64,000 nucleotides of DNA. Origin: Haliotis cracherodii (Eukaryota). Of the stretch, positions 24,930 to 38,749 are shown piece by piece. The stretch lies in NCBI RefSeq assembly GCF_022045235.1, contig NW_027266275.1, forward strand, positions 67,642,001 to 67,706,000, in the 5' to 3' direction. The stretch's first letter is position 1. Each line of letters opens with the position of its first letter. A model generated the notes under the pieces. That model ran no database searches. It saw only the letters and a program-made list of their open reading frames with translations, and had not been told where the DNA came from. The translations under genes and the position numbers were made by a program.

Positions 24930-26050
24930 GTCAAATCATTTTTGGAGATGTATGAAAGAATATTGAATGTTAAGTTTTGGGCCTGATCGAAAGATTGTCA
25001 TGAACATTTCAGATGACGTTAGTTTGGAGGGAACATGGAAAAGCAACTCAACTCGGGTCAACGGTGGAGATTAGCACGAGCTGAGAAAGGTATTTACAAA
25101 TGTTTATATTCAAGTACAACTTGTCAAGACTAATCATCTAGGGCTCAACTCTTTCTTTTATTGGACAGCTCGCATGCAATTAAAGCATTACCCTTTTTCA
25201 GGATTTCAATTTTCATGTTACAGCATTTCACTTGGCATTTAAAATTTACAACCTAATCAGTGATAAAAATTCAACGAACTCGCAGAACTTAAATCCTGCT
25301 TAAAGAATTCAGGAAACTCCATTATTCAAGTCCATACCGTATCTCACACGGTGATTCTTTGAGTTGATCGATGGTGAACGTGGCAAATTTAAGACAGAAA
25401 ATGCTATTCGGATATTGAAATATCCGACTTCAGCGATGGGAAAAGAAATCCCGGATTTATCTGAACCTTGCTTCTATCCGTGGGCAAAGGAAACCATAGC
25501 AAGATATTTCAATTTCCTGTGTATGTTGGTGAAAAGAGTTGAGAAAATGATAATCTTAGAGCGTCACCTTAGCCAAATTGACCGCCATGAATCTCTAATC
25601 TCATGATTGAAGATTCCAAAAAAATGACACAGCCAAGTGAACAACCTGTTTCCTTTCTCTCAAAATGAGATGCTTAAAATGTTTACTATATTTACAGACA
25701 TGTACAAAACAAGGTCAATCCAAACAAATGCATTGGACAAGTATGTGCAAATACCCTACTTGTGTCAAATAAAGAAAAATCTATTTAAACCTTGAACACA
25801 GGATATTGTACCAATATAATGACTTGGTTAATACTTTCGTTATCCAGAGGTGTGCGCCATGTTACATGTCGTATTCATCACTGCTCTGAAGGGCACGTGT
25901 AAGACGTTTTATTGTAGATTGTTCTTTCAATTCTATTTATATATCAAAATACTGCTATCGTTATAAACCATATTAACGAGTGACGAGTGAACACAAAATC
26001 AGATTTAGTTAAATTCCAGACCATTATTAATTTATAAGATCGTTCATTTG
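24930..26050 (+). pseudogene. PB1: Orthomyxo-like PB1 fossil, motifs F, A, B, C (left-arm copy)
   Basis: YWTARMQ, DGERGKFK..AI (25370-25408; influenza DAERGKLKRRAI), VG.NE.IAR in the mirror copy (VGGNEKKAK), HESL (motif A), LSRG..AML(H/N) (motif B), VTSEH (decayed SSDD, ~25985). Confidence 0.75.
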
Positions 26051-26059
26051 TGCTTTGAT

Positions 26060-26940
26060 ATTGTTACGCGTAATGTGCATGTTAAGGTGGATGACTGAAG
26101 CCAAGATAATGTTAATCTTCAAAGTCAGCAGTGGAGAACCGGATTCGGAAATATATCATTCCATAATGACGTTCCTTCTTCTCACATACACGTTTGCCTT
26201 TATTCTTTTCCACATTCAATATCTGGAATATTACTACAACTATCATAAACGCCAACACGTGATAGTTTTAAACCTCGTAGGGTGATGAAAATGTTGTTAG
26301 AAAGTCTTTAACTCATCATAACCACAAACTGCAGTATAACGATATACCTTGCCAAGGTTATGGTACAATTCAACGTCCACATAATTGTGTGATGGGGTGC
26401 AACATCAGCCTCACTGTGGTCACTAAACCCTCATAAGTCGATGTTAGGTGATGTTCCACTTCCATATAACGTGATTCACTGTACACCAGCTGCGGGTATT
26501 GGCCACTGTGGGATCTTCACCAATATTGACCAGGGGTGCTTGAAATGACAAAACGTTATATTACATCTACATCTCATCCGCCCAATTGCTATAACCTTCA
26601 AGTAGAGGTAGCAGTGGAGACGTTCAACCTCATCTGAAAACTAATAATAATGAAAAACAGAGCCTTCGTCTCGAGGAGCAATTCCAGCCTATTGTCACGA
26701 CAGCTACCAAGTTATGTTGCTGTGCAGCAAGGTCCACAAAGTAAGAGTTTAACAAAGGCACCAATATCAGCCAAATTAAACATCAGATCGGATTCACTGG
26801 GAAATAAATGGTGATTAATTTAGCAATCGTTACTGGCGAGTAGTTCCCCTTCTGCTGCCTTTCTATAGCGAGAACTGATCCACCGGATCAACTTGTCCCA
26901 AATTACACCCATTTACTCTGCAGAGCAGACATATTCCTCC
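26060..26940 (-). pseudogene. NP: Orthomyxo-like NP fossil running from the spacer into the left arm
   Basis: WDKLIRWISSRYR..INHHL..CGPCCTAT*LGSCRDNRL..KAL (Quaranja-like LGPLTTLVML..D..KAL), later YDEL..TRFKT. Confidence 0.55.
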
Positions 26941-27096
26941 GTCACTGAAAGTAGTTCTATCTAATCGGGGATACATTTCTCATGAACGCTGACACATGAC
27001 TAATAACAGAACTTGGGTCAGCATTTAAATTTAGAAATTTTGGAGATTGCCATGGCAGAGGATATTCCGTTTGACAAGACTTTCAGTATTGAAGTC

Positions 27097-27315
27097 GGTT
27101 GGCTGGTTGTTTTACGCCGCACTCAGCAATATTCCAGCTATATTAATAATCGAGTCTGGACCAGACAATGCAGTGATTAAAATCATGAGCATCGATCCAC
27201 GCAATTGGGATCAATGACATGGATCAACCAAGTCAGCGAGCCTGACCACCCGATCCCATTTGTCACCTTTTACGGCAAGCATGGATTGCTGAAGACCTAT
27301 TCTATCCCGGATCTC
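27097..27315 (-). mobile_element. SINE family A with target-site duplication
   Basis: TSD tcagtattgaagt(c/t)ggt on both sides. Confidence 0.9.
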
Positions 27316-27419
27316 AGTATTGAAGTTGGTAGGTCATATGACAAACGGCTTTCTTTTTGGCAAGGTAAACGAACTAGGGTACTTTACACCACACTGTGTT
27401 TAGATAAAACAATATGGCA

Positions 27420-27750
27420 TTATAATGGTGAGCGTATCCTGCTCCACCGGTGGTACCGATCAGAAACACATGCAAAGGCAAGTCAATGCGGTATAAGTCA
27501 AAAGGGAATTGCATCGAACATAATTTTTGTCACTGATGAGTCAAATTTCGAATTGACCCCCCCACCCCCCACATGTCTACCAGAAAACGTTTTTGAAAGC
27601 TTTACTGAGGCCTTGAATGTTGTAACTTTGATCAAACAACTTCTAAGCGAGAGTTGTATGACGCTCTTTGAAATCTTCGTCGAAAGAGCATGCTCGATTG
27701 TATCTCCAAAGTGTGAAATGTAGACAGCAAGGGCTGAGGCCGCAGGAATA
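27420..27750 (-). mobile_element. 5'-truncated Penelope-like fragment abutting the inner end of the right arm
   Basis: IPAASALAVYISH..RACS..KLFDQ; ends in gaata, which is shared with the arm start. Confidence 0.85.
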
Positions 27751-27899
27751 AAGGCAAACGTCTATGTGAGGAGAGGGCACTTTGTTATGGATGGCTAAAT
27801 TGTTAAATCGGTGTCTCCACTGCTGACTCTGATGGACAATATCTTGGCTTCAGTCATCCACCTCGTACATTCACACTAAACGTAACAATATGAAAGCAC

Positions 27900-28960
27900 A
27901 AATGAACCTAGACATACATTAATATCTGATATTTTACTAAATCTGATTTTTTTGTTCACTAGTCGCTTGTTGATACGGTTTATACCAATAGCAATATTTT
28001 GATACATTAATGGAATTAAATGACATATCTACAATGAAAAATATCCCCAAATGTTCCGTGTGTTCCATGGCGAACATGTCCTTTAGCGGTGATGAAAACG
28101 ACATTTAACATAGCGCATACGGCTTAATTACGAAAAATAACCAGTTCATCGTATTGGTACAATGCCCTATGTTCAAGGTTGATGCCAAGTTTTCTTCATT
28201 TAACAGAAGTGGGGTTATTGCACACAGTCGTCCGATTTCTTTTGGTTGCATTCCCCATGTTTGTACAATGATGCAAATAAAGTAAACCTGTTATTATTCT
28301 CATTATGAGAGAAAGGAAACAGGGTGTTCACTTGGCAGTGTCAATTTGAGGGTAAATTCGTTCTTTAGATTCAAGATTCATGGCGGTCAGTATAGCTAAC
28401 GTGGCGCTCTGAGATTATCATTTGCTCAACTTGTTTCACCAACAGAGACAGGAAATTGAAATATCTTGCTATGGCTTCATTTGCCCACGGATGGAAGCAA
28501 GGTCCAGGATTTCTTTTCTCATCGCTGAAGTTAGATATTTCAATATCCGAAAAGCATTTTCTGTCTTACATTTGACACGTTCACCATCGATCAACTCAAA
28601 GAATCACCGTGTGAAATTTTGTGTGGAGTCAGATTCGTTGAATAATGTATTTTTCTCAAAAGTTTAAGTAGGATATTAATTTTGCGAGTTGAGTTCTTGT
28701 GATGTTTCAGCACTGAGTAGGTTGGGAATTTAAAAGACAAATGAAATGCTGTAATGTGTAAATTAAAATCCTGAAAAAGGGTGATACTTTAACTGCATGC
28801 GATTTGTTCAACAACAGAAAGAGTTGAGCCCTGGATGATTATTTTAGACACGTTGCACTTGAATATTAACATCTGAAAACATGTCATAAGATCGTGTTCA
28901 TCTCCGCAGTTGACCCGGGATAAGTTGGTATTCCATGCTCGCTTCAATCTGACGTTAGCT
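27900..28960 (-). pseudogene. PB1: PB1-like fossil (mirror of 24930-26050)
   Basis: FFELIDGERVKCK, VG.NEAIAR, AMLNVV. Confidence 0.7.
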
Positions 28961-29379
28961 AAGATGAAAGTTATCTATTTATTATATGGACAGGATGTAA
29001 ATATTATTGCGTTATCATTAAAATGATTTTACAAAGAGTTTTATGAATGTACATATTAGAAGTTCCAACACTATAGTGTCTGTAGAGTAAGACTATGTGG
29101 CATGGAGCATTGCGTGTTATCGTTCCCTGACGGCGTGGAACTTACATGTACTCATAACATATATCACTGGCTCAGTTTCTTACAGGCCACCATGCTACAG
29201 CTGGAACATTGCTGGCTGCAGTGTAAAACAAGAAGTAAATAATTTGTATCTAATCAACGTTATGTTTTATTTCATTTGAAGGTTATGAGTGGCATGGGTT
29301 GCCAAAATCCTTCTGTCAGAAGAACATCCACATTCACTGGCTGTATGTTGATTGGCAAGGCTTATTAATAAAAATAAAT

Positions 29380-29875
29380 GTGACAAAACCTTTTCCATAT
29401 TCATAAGAAATCTCTGCCAAAGCAAAGTCGATCGTACGATTTCAACAATGTCTTAAGCATGTGTTCATGAATCACTATCAACTGATGATGATACCAGGTG
29501 CTCACGAATAGATGAGCGTAGCCTGCCCCAACAGTGGCACCCGTCAAAAACACATACAAAGGCAAGTCAATTGTTCGCCTGAAAAAAGTAGGTAATTGCA
29601 TCGGACATCATTCTTGTCACTGATGCGTCAGATTTGGAAATATCCTCCATATGTCTACAAGAAAACGTTTTTGAAAGCTTTGCAACCTTGATCAAACAGC
29701 TTCTGAGCAAGAGTCGTATGACGCTCTTTGAAATCTTTGTAAAAACAGCATGCTCGATTGTACCTCAAGCGTTATGAAATGTAGACTCCAAGGGCTGGAG
29801 CTGAAGGAATATTGCTCGATAGAAAGGGAAAGTTGATTATTGGAAAGTTGAAGTCATCCTTATTGTCAAACACAC
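29380..29875 (-). mobile_element. Penelope-like element 3' fragment (right arm only)
   Basis: DDFNFPIINFPFLSSNIPSAPALGVYIS..RAC plus the family 3' tail. Confidence 0.85.
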
Positions 29876-29899
29876 TTCCGTGATATGATATGATATGGT

Positions 29900-30700
29900 C
29901 CTTGCATGTATACTAGTCTGATCTGTGTTTCATAATGCTGCCTTCGTGTCAATCATGTTTTTCATTGCTTATATGCAATTACATCTCATGATAATTATAT
30001 ATATATATATTAGTATAGATATATTATAAGATATTTCTACTGCGATTTGGATATGAGATCACACACTATTACTGACGGTTAACACGTGTGCTATTGAATA
30101 TTTTGTACATTTCAAAAGAACCTTGAAATAGCAAGAAGATGTGCCTCTGTCATATACAACCTTTCCGATGTGAGTGTAAGTACCAAGTTCATTTTAGTAA
30201 TTGAATACTACTTGAGTAAATAGTTCTATCTTGTTAATTACTGTGGATTGAAAAACGGTCTTTGCTTAAAGGTCGTTATGATAACCTTTGAACAAGCACG
30301 ATGATGGTTTACCATTCTGGAAACATAGACTGATGAATATTCTTTAGTCAAGCAGACATGTGCATTTGGCTTCAGGTAGTTCAATATTCTTCATGAATGT
30401 ACTGCTTTGGCAATGACTTTAAACAGAATGTCAATGCCATTGCATGCTTACATATAAAATAAAAAGAAGAATGACAACCTGTCTTAGATTGTGTTGATTT
30501 CCTCATTTTACCTAAACGCTATTGATATGAACCATTCGTTCTCACTTTTAATGAAACAAATACTGACTGCAATTTCAAAAGAACTATATTAAATCCAAAC
30601 CGTGACTGTGTACGCATGAATGTTGCTACCATGGGGTTTTCAAATGTCATATGATATTCATATTAAGAATAAATTGCTTTTTCTTTTGCCGAGATAATAT
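29900..30700 (+). pseudogene. Possible PA-C fossil (mirror of ~24320-23230)
   Basis: LK*QEDVPL, VMITFEQ, ILTAISKELY; weak resemblance only. Confidence 0.3.
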
Positions 30701-31150
30701 TGAAGTGATAATTCATTAAAGAGAAAGCAATAAGAGCAGAAATTATCTTGTTGCAATCGAACGCTTCGCAGATATCGACAAATAACAGAAATAACAAATG
30801 AAATATAAATCGGCAATGCAAGAGAATAACCAGCCTAGATTTTCTGCCGAAACAGATTCCACTTGGCGTAAAGGGCAAATAACTGTGAAAATTATATGAA
30901 TGGACCACTGAAAAGGGTAAGCATGCCCTGCCCTACCGAAAGAACCCGCCATTCATACAATTTGCATAAAAAGTAAGTATTTATGGCCTGACGCAGCACA
31001 ACAGTTCTCCTGCCATGCGACGTCATCCTGTAAACAAACATCTTTGATCTAGTATTTTTTTATTCCAACATCTTCCGTCCTCGGGTTTTATTCATTTCTC
31101 AGGTGTAATAATATGTTTCCTCTGCAGTGGACACTCACTTCGCTCTACAT
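30700..31150 (+). pseudogene. PA: Orthomyxo-like PA-C fossil (right arm only)
   Basis: KSRNYL, QPRFSAETD, YEWTTE, AMRR; shares tatatgaatggaccactgaaaa with ~57025-57046. Confidence 0.6.
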
Positions 31151-31199
31151 ACCGATATGTGCAAATTTTAACCTGTTTCAGGTATACAAGTTCAAGCCC

Positions 31200-32580
31200 A
31201 GCATACCTGTTGCTTGTAGACCATATTATACCAGATCGCATCATGATTTATATTATTTTTAAAGTCACAAATGCCAGTTGGATCTGGACATGTCTACTGC
31301 AAGTTATTTAAGTCCAGTTGCCATTTAATTTGTAAACCGAGGTCATTACCCACACTAAAATCTTAATTAGCAAAATGATTTACTTCATAACAGATTTTGA
31401 TTTAACGGGAGAAAAAATATTTCGAGTGATGGATACCATCCTGTCAACGTTAACAAATGGGCCCAAGTTTTAATAATTTGTTAATGGATACCAACTATTC
31501 CAGAGCACAAACTGCTGATCATATGACTAGATTCTGCCAGAACTTGTCATAGTTGGACTTCATAAAAGAAAGAATTCACGGCTGTGATATATTTTCTTGA
31601 AATGCAAAATGTCTGTGGAAAAACGTTATTTCATTTTTCATGAAATGCAATATGTCTGAGTAAACACGTTAGATGTATTTCGACAACTTTTTGGGCAATA
31701 TAAATCAAACGCCTTTAAACACATTAACACCAATTCCTCTCACAATTCATAGATTTTCGAAAAAAACCCATCCACGTGATAACATGACAAAAAGTCAAAA
31801 GTTCGTGTCCAGTAGTGTAATAATGGATATTGGATATGTCTACACGGTCGCTATACCAGCGCGATTCCCACAACACTGAAATATAGGCACTGCATGATAT
31901 CTTCACAGTTTTGCTGATACTTCTTCCAGGTCATTATTTACAGCATACATTGCCATCAGAATGAAATGGTGACTGTAGTGTTGGTAATCAAATTAAATAT
32001 TTATGTTTATGGATGGCTTCATATACAGCCCATTCCTGGATATATGCATATCATTTTAGTATCATATTCATTTTAGTTAGTGTGCTTCATAATCAAAGTA
32101 ACATAATTTAAGTAACATTACTTAAACTAAAGACTATTACGTATATATTTTTGATTATGAGTAAGATTTATTTTCACAACTTTTACCAATATTCCAGCAG
32201 TATCACGGCGGTTTTGATTATTAAAACAAGACAACAGCTCAACATGTGACAGGCACCAACATTTGACCTTCTATTCTCATGACAAGGTCTTTGTTTATCA
32301 ACCATTTATCAATATTCACAAAAGTCTCCTGTAACAAAACTTTCTTGAATATATAATCTATTGAAGATTATTTGGATCATTTACGATCAGCTTTCGTCCT
32401 GTCAGTGGCATGAAAAACAAAATATACTGAATGTAGAGTTTAATTTAACTCCATGCCATTCATTTTTCGTGAATCATTCATGAACATAAACAGTATCCAC
32501 AAAATCAGAAAAAGACGGCATATTCCTGAATTTGAAATTTGAAACATACATGTAACATTCTCAGACAAAAATTATTTCCC
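31200..32580 (-). pseudogene. PB1: PB1-like fossil (mirror of 22360-23220, extended upstream to motif A)
   Basis: SFVTGDFCEY** (~32345-32310; influenza SFTITGDNTKWNE) upstream of the motif C-E homolog. Confidence 0.6.
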
Positions 32581-32599
32581 CAAAGTGTCAAATTCCAAG

Positions 32600-32885
32600 A
32601 ACCACCAACATAGAGGTTGTTTGATCAAGGTTACAACATTAAGGCCTTTGTAAAACGTTTTATGGTTGTCATTTGACCTGTACCATATGTTCCCATGGTT
32701 TTACAGGTGAACAACTGACTTGCCTTTGCATGTGGATGTGACGGGTGCCTCCGGTTAGGTAACATTATTGGATAGTGGGTCCTAAACACATGCTCATGAT
32801 AAAGTTGTGATCGTACAATGGATTCTGCTTCCAGGAGACATATCTTATGATTGTGGAAAGGGTTTTGTCGCTTTTATCTACATCT
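32600..32885 (+). mobile_element. Penelope-like element 3' fragment
   Basis: LFDQGY..FYG; gtgacgggtgcc..gaaagggttttgtc tail. Confidence 0.75.
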
Positions 32886-32919
32886 ACTATAATAGATTAG
32901 AACAAGTGCAACTATCATA

Positions 32920-33956
32920 TACTCTGCCAAAAAAAACCCAACATATACGTAAAAATGATTTTATATGTATATTTTATATAGCATTTAAATAATCAAAAGA
33001 TGGTAATCGACTGTTTAAAATAAAAAAAATGATGTTCGCTTGTTGCATAATGGGAAGGACGTGTGGCCGGAGAATCACATGTGCGTAACGTTGTGCCGTT
33101 AAATTCCCCAGAACTTGCACCAAGTCTGGTCTACCAGTGTAGGAGATGGCAGCCCACATCATCACACAACATCCACCAAATATGTCCACTTTCTTTAAGC
33201 AGTTTCGACGTAACTTTCCTGCAACGCCAATAAACACGACGTCTACCTTTCGCACAGCATCACTAAACCAAACTTGTCTCAATCGAAGTTGAGGCTATAC
33301 TCTGTGACATTGACACCCTTGACGTCGCAGCATACGATGCAGGTCTGTCAAAATAACACCTCGAACTGATAGTCTAACGCGAATACCTTCAGGACGTAAA
33401 CGGTTCCTCACTGTCTAGACCAATATCCTACGCAATCCTGGTATCGCCGTAGTTGAAGAGGTGGCCAGGGTGGTTCTTTCACGTAAGTGATGTAGCCGTC
33501 TGAACCCGTCCTGTGCTGCAGTAGTTGTACGTTGTCGACCTGGATCTTTGAAGGTCACGTGTTTTCTCGTGTGTTTCGTGTGTGATAACGATTCCAGAGT
33601 ATTGTAGACGATGAGTCTCCTTTTTGCAGTCAGCCGATGGCGTTATTGCGTTCGGATTCGGTCAGTCGTGGTGTGTTTTTGCTGTTCGACTGCTGTAAGA
33701 TTGTAATGACATGCAAATGAAAACCCCAAGTTTTAATAGGCCAACAAGTGATGATGCACGTACATATCTTAGTTGTGTTTTTGCGATTTTTCCATCTTTA
33801 CACCACATTTCTGCAGTACCTCACTCTTTCTACACAAATCAATCTCAATCATGCAGAAAAAACTAATTCAATTTTGGTATTAATTTTGTATAGATGTTCA
33901 CCCTGTCAGATATTTACGATTTTACTACATTTGCGGTTTTTGTTTTCAGGGTCTAC
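32920..33956 (-). mobile_element. Decayed, internally deleted Tc1 transposon
   Basis: RQVWFSDA..VMMWAAISYTGR..GNLTAQRY; degenerate TIRs; same family as 46090-47000. Confidence 0.85.
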
Positions 33957-33959
33957 ATA

Positions 33960-34105
33960 GTTTTAAACAATACAGGGGGTTTGGAGTAGTGCAGTTAGCA
34001 TATATACAGTTTTAAATCACAGAGAGGATTTAAAGTAGTGCAGTTGTCATATAAACAGTGTTAAAACACACCGAGGATTAAAAGTAGTGCAGATATCATA
34101 CATGC
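33960..34105. repeat. Degenerate ~50-bp tandem repeat (about 3 copies)
   Basis: Recurrent tttaaa..ggattt..agtagtgcagtt..catata; also visible at 19290-19385. Confidence 0.6.
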
Positions 34106-34176
34106 ATAATTAGTACATACGGTATTTCAGTTGAATTATGACATGCAAAGGATACAAATGGCTCGTGTTTTTAATA

Positions 34177-35602
34177 TACTGAACTGCAAAAGAAACGAAA
34201 GTTGTACATAAAATGCGGATAACGTTAAGACCATAAAAGATATGTAGATAATATTAAGAAATGATAACATAGAAAATAAATGATAACAAATGGGCGTTGA
34301 TTGTTTGATGACAACCATCCATGTTTATTGAAAAATTTCCCCGAAAACAGGGTACCACCCCCCACCCCCCAAACAAAAAAAACAACAACCCCAGCAACAA
34401 CAACAACACAAAAAAAGACACAAAAAAAGACAAGTGTCAGTCGTGTCCATCAATAAGTATGTGTCCTCCTTTAGCTGCGATACAGGCCACACATCACCGT
34501 CTCACTGAGTCGACATGTCTTCGGAAGAAGGCTTGAGGAATCCCGTTCCATCTCCGAACCAAAAATGCTTCCAGTTCTTGAAGTGTTTGTGGTTGCTTTG
34601 CAGCCAGAAGACGTCTCCCAATCTCGTCCCATAGAAACCCGTGCTGTATGGGGACGAGCGTTGTCAAGATGAAAGACGTGGAGTTGAAGTCTGACGTGAT
34701 TACCGAGAACATCATTCCTGTACATAGCAGCAGTCACACGCTGACGGAACACGTGTAGAGGGGTCCTGTGATGATAAGCCTCCGCACACCTGATGCTTCC
34801 TCCTCCCCAGCCGTCGGCCTGTAAGACACAGCAGTTATCGTAACGCTCATTACGTAGTCTCCTCACTTTGATGCGGCCATCGACTTGAGAAAGGTTGAAC
34901 CTTGATTTGTTTGTGCTGTTAGGCACATTGCATACGTTGTTGGTGGTGACGTTGAGTCAGTATGGGCCGGATGTAAGGACGACGACATCTCATGTCCGCC
35001 GCTCTTAGACGACGAATTGTGTCGGCTGACACGGGATGACGTGGACCTTGAATGGTTGCAATCGTTTGTGTTGCTCGTCGTTGTCGGTCACGCAGATGTG
35101 TCACGCGGATGTCACTGTCCTGCGCTGGAGTAGCGACGCCTAGAACGAGAACGGTCTTTGACATTGCCTGTCTGTTGATGCCTTGCGACCAATCTGGTGA
35201 TGGTAAAGATATGAATCCACCACTGCAGTTGACGTTGATCCGACCAGTAGCATCCGAATGGCAAAGCCTCCCTGGAGTTCAGTTAATCGAACCACGTTTT
35301 CTGTCCTCTTTCAAAGTTGAGTGTGAAATGCTTTGTGTGTTTTTTTTATATGGTGGCTCATAGAGGAAAGTGAGGGGGAAAATGAATGATTTTTTAAATG
35401 TGATTTGAGCTGCACGTGCAAAAAACGTCAAACGAAACGAAACGACTGCGGCGTGCTCAAAATGAATGGTGTAAACTGTGAACTGTTAACAGTGTTTCTT
35501 CAATGCATCTCTTTCTGTTTGTATACTTACATTTTCACAAATTACTATTTTGTGCATTTCACAAACAAAGAATCTGACATGCGTTTCTTTTGCGGTTGAG
35601 TA
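34177..35602 (-). mobile_element. Decayed Tc1 transposon (right arm only)
   Basis: TIRs tactgaactgcaaaagaaacg / cgtttcttttgcggttgagta; THLRDR..LDNARPHTAR..WDEIGRR. Confidence 0.9.
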
Positions 35603-35609
35603 TATGAAA

Positions 35610-36800
35610 TGACAGATTTCCTGTCACACTATTGCTGAACGATAAAACGCATAACATTGAACAATGTGTACATTTAAAAATAAATTTACAAAAGATAAGT
35701 CTCTGGCTTCTACGACTTCTCGTACCTGACTATTTGTACCAATGTTTATTTGAAGCATCGATTTCTCTCGCAATAAAGTGGTTTTACCACTTTAAAACAT
35801 TAAAAGAGAAGAGTGAGATTCGATTTGTGCTTCGATGTCATTACCGAACCTTTGTACAAGTTCCTTTATGGTTTAGTTTTTAAAAACAACAACCCCGTAG
35901 AATGATGAACAATCGTTTGTCAACATAAGTGCATCTTGTTTCTGAATCGTTCAATGTCGAGCGAGAAACAGAAATACATTTTCTCGGGACGTTATTTTAG
36001 AAACAGTGCAAATTTATTATTGGATAGCCTACTTCAACACGATGTACATATAGTACGATATACTACATGTAAGTTGACATACGCACCTTATCTTATGGGA
36101 TTTGCTTTTTAGATCACTATGGTTCCAGGATACATTTACGTTAAACAAGACAGAATTCGAATAAAGGAGACACTGTCTGATATGAACCTTAAAAGCGGTT
36201 GTGTTTGAGTAGGAATTACTAACAGTTCTCTCATATTGATAGCTCTTAGACGGTCAAAGATAACTATTTGGAGAGTGCTCAGCAATAATTCAAGCACCCT
36301 ATCCACACTAGAGCCATACAATAATCCATTAGAACAGTTGGTTAAAGCAGACCTTGTTTTTTCTAATTTCAAGAACGATGCAGAAGGGACATATGTATTT
36401 AACAGGGGATTGGAAGTGCATTCATTTGTAAATGTATGTATTATGGATTTGGGATCCCAGAAGAAACAACTTAGTTACTAACAGGGTGTCTTTGCAACAA
36501 AGCATTTACCACTCACCGCTCTGGGAAATTTAATTTCTTTTAGTTTTTATACAGATGTGCAGATGTGTACGTTTTCGAAATGAGCATTGGGAATTGAGTA
36601 ATGTTTGGGTTGGAGAGCTGTTCCCGGGAACATGATGACAAGTGTCAAGCCCGGCTCATGTGAGGCCAAGAATGGGACTTTCACACATTTCTCAGTCGTT
36701 ACATGTCACAGAATGGTATAAAATTATACGATTAATAACCGTATCTTTAGGAAGGCACAAAATGCTGACTTTGCAATATAGATTTGCTGTGCCTTAATTT
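35610..36800 (+). pseudogene. Bunyavirus-like L thumb/thumb-ring fossil (#1)
   Basis: TLKEKSEIRF.., RSLWFQDTFTL, V*VGITNS, TL..PYNNPLEQLV pattern typical of the bunya L C-terminal half. Confidence 0.5.
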
Positions 36801-36810
36801 GTTTAAATTA

Positions 36811-37152
36811 ATTTGATAGTTTTCTTATGTGGTTTAATTATTTTCATAGAGATACAATCGTTCCGTAACCATATGAACACATTTTACATTGATCATATTT
36901 GATAGTTTTCTTATGTGGTTTAATTATTTTCATGAAGATACAATCGTTCCGTAACCATATGAACACATTTTACATTGATCATATTTGATAGTTTTCTTAT
37001 GTGGTTTAATTATTTTCATGAAGATACACTCGTTCCGTAACCATATGAACACATTTTACATTGATCATATTTGATAGTTTTTTTATGTGGTTTAATTATT
37101 TTCATGATGATATAATCGTTTCGTAACCATATGAACACATTTTACATTGATC
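36811..37152. repeat. 86-bp tandem array, 4 copies (right arm only)
   Basis: Units start at 36811, 36897, 36983 and 37069. Confidence 0.95.
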
Positions 37153-38060
37153 GCAACCTTTATCACATGGACACTGGCTACAAGATATATTCTAGTTTTC
37201 GTGCAGGAAAGATACGGTAATTGTGTATAATTTGGTACGTAAAATAAGCATAGATTCATCCAATATCTATTAAAGGTTTCCATCTATCCTTCAGAATTGA
37301 AAAAGAAAGAAAGTTAACATCACACTCATACTGAAGAAAACGTTTTCTTTTCCGAAACAGTTCTAGGTGTCGAGTGACCACTAATTCCAAAATTTCTCAC
37401 TGTCGAATGACTTCAACTCCAATGATATCTAAAAAAAGGACTGCTATGTTAGGGGTGGATTATATCTGATGTCATTGCATTGGAATGTTTGGGGTTGCTT
37501 TGAATTATTTTGTTTGGGGTAATCTATATGCTGCTAGTGTTGTAATATTATTCAAATGAGAATGATCGTGGTATTTCTGCTGGGAAATTACGTTATTCAT
37601 TGATTGGATATTCTGAACAGGAATAAAAAGCATTTCAGTACAGTTATGTTCGTCAGTTATAGATTTTACATTTTGTTTTTAATAAACGTGCAACAGTCTC
37701 ATGGATAAAATTATATATTTGACCGAACATTTTATCACAGTTCCCCTATAGTTTAAGGGTATTCTGCATGACCTATGATAGTTGTCTTCATGACTAAAAT
37801 AAACGTTGAAAATATTAGAGGAAATTTAAATAATACTTTAGGTACATGGTTGACATACAATGTAGGAAATGTCAGAAGGGTAGGGCAGATCCATTTCCAT
37901 TCCATTTTGAATCATATCTTCGTCCTTGGATTTAAAACTCCTTTTGAACGCAATCGATAAGCCTTTAAATATTAAATGGATCTCTATAGAAACACATTTC
38001 CCCCGACTCAACAAAGTGTTTGTTATTGCTCATAAAACACACTCAGGAAACCACTATAAA
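37150..38060 (+). pseudogene. Bunyavirus-like L fossil (#2)
   Basis: AMLGVDYI*..GMFGVALNY (PxxLG..MFG..NY-like, ~37445) and GFKTPFE about 160 codons later. Confidence 0.45.
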
Positions 38061-38749
38061 ACTCTACATAAACAAAATAATTCAATCCTTTGTTACATGT
38101 AAACATTATTAGACAGATAAGGTGAATGTTGTTGTATGGCAGTGTGTTTGATTGTTTGAGGGTGATTGTGGCTGTGTTACATTGTTTTTGGTTGAGATCC
38201 GGTAGACGCTCATTTCATTGTGTTTATACAGTGATCAGTCGTCAGGAAGTTACTATATTTCCAACCTCTTTGGTTTGTAAACCTCAGGTCCGGGATATCG
38301 CGGACGGGGATAGTATGTTATAGAAATATGGAGAATGTTGTGAGGGTATTATATGGAACTTTCCAGTATCTGGCTAGACTAAAAATTAAGGGGACAATAG
38401 CATATTTACGCAAGACACAGACATTTTCATAACGTAGAGACCAGCTTTCATGTGAGGATCGCCCGTCATCCCTGATTCCCTGCTCAGCCCATCTTGTCCA
38501 CTGTCGCCGCTGGGTGAATATATATTATTATCACTGACTTTTGCTATCACCACTGTATCTTTATATTTGATACTGATCATTGCCATTGAATATTGTACTA
38601 CTACTCTATTGTGTATCGACATTGTAATTGCTATGCAGTAAATTGTATTGATTTGTAAACCTAGTTATTTCTTGTAATATATTTGTTGATTGCAAAACAC
38701 TTGTTGATTGTTTTGTTAGTTCCACACTTGGTTCCTTTATGTACAGATT

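Larger units (their letters stand above)
9250..26205. repeat. Left arm of large inverted duplication
   Basis: Collinear reverse-complement matches: 9595~42642, 11070-11587~39907-39390, 15940~38050, 17154~36236, 18010~35620, 19240~34145, 22400~31970, 24060~30125, 25350~28610, 26205~27746. Confidence 0.95.

Noticed and set aside
36811-37152. CRISPR-like periodicity
   Set aside because: Whole 86-bp units are repeated and there are no variable spacers
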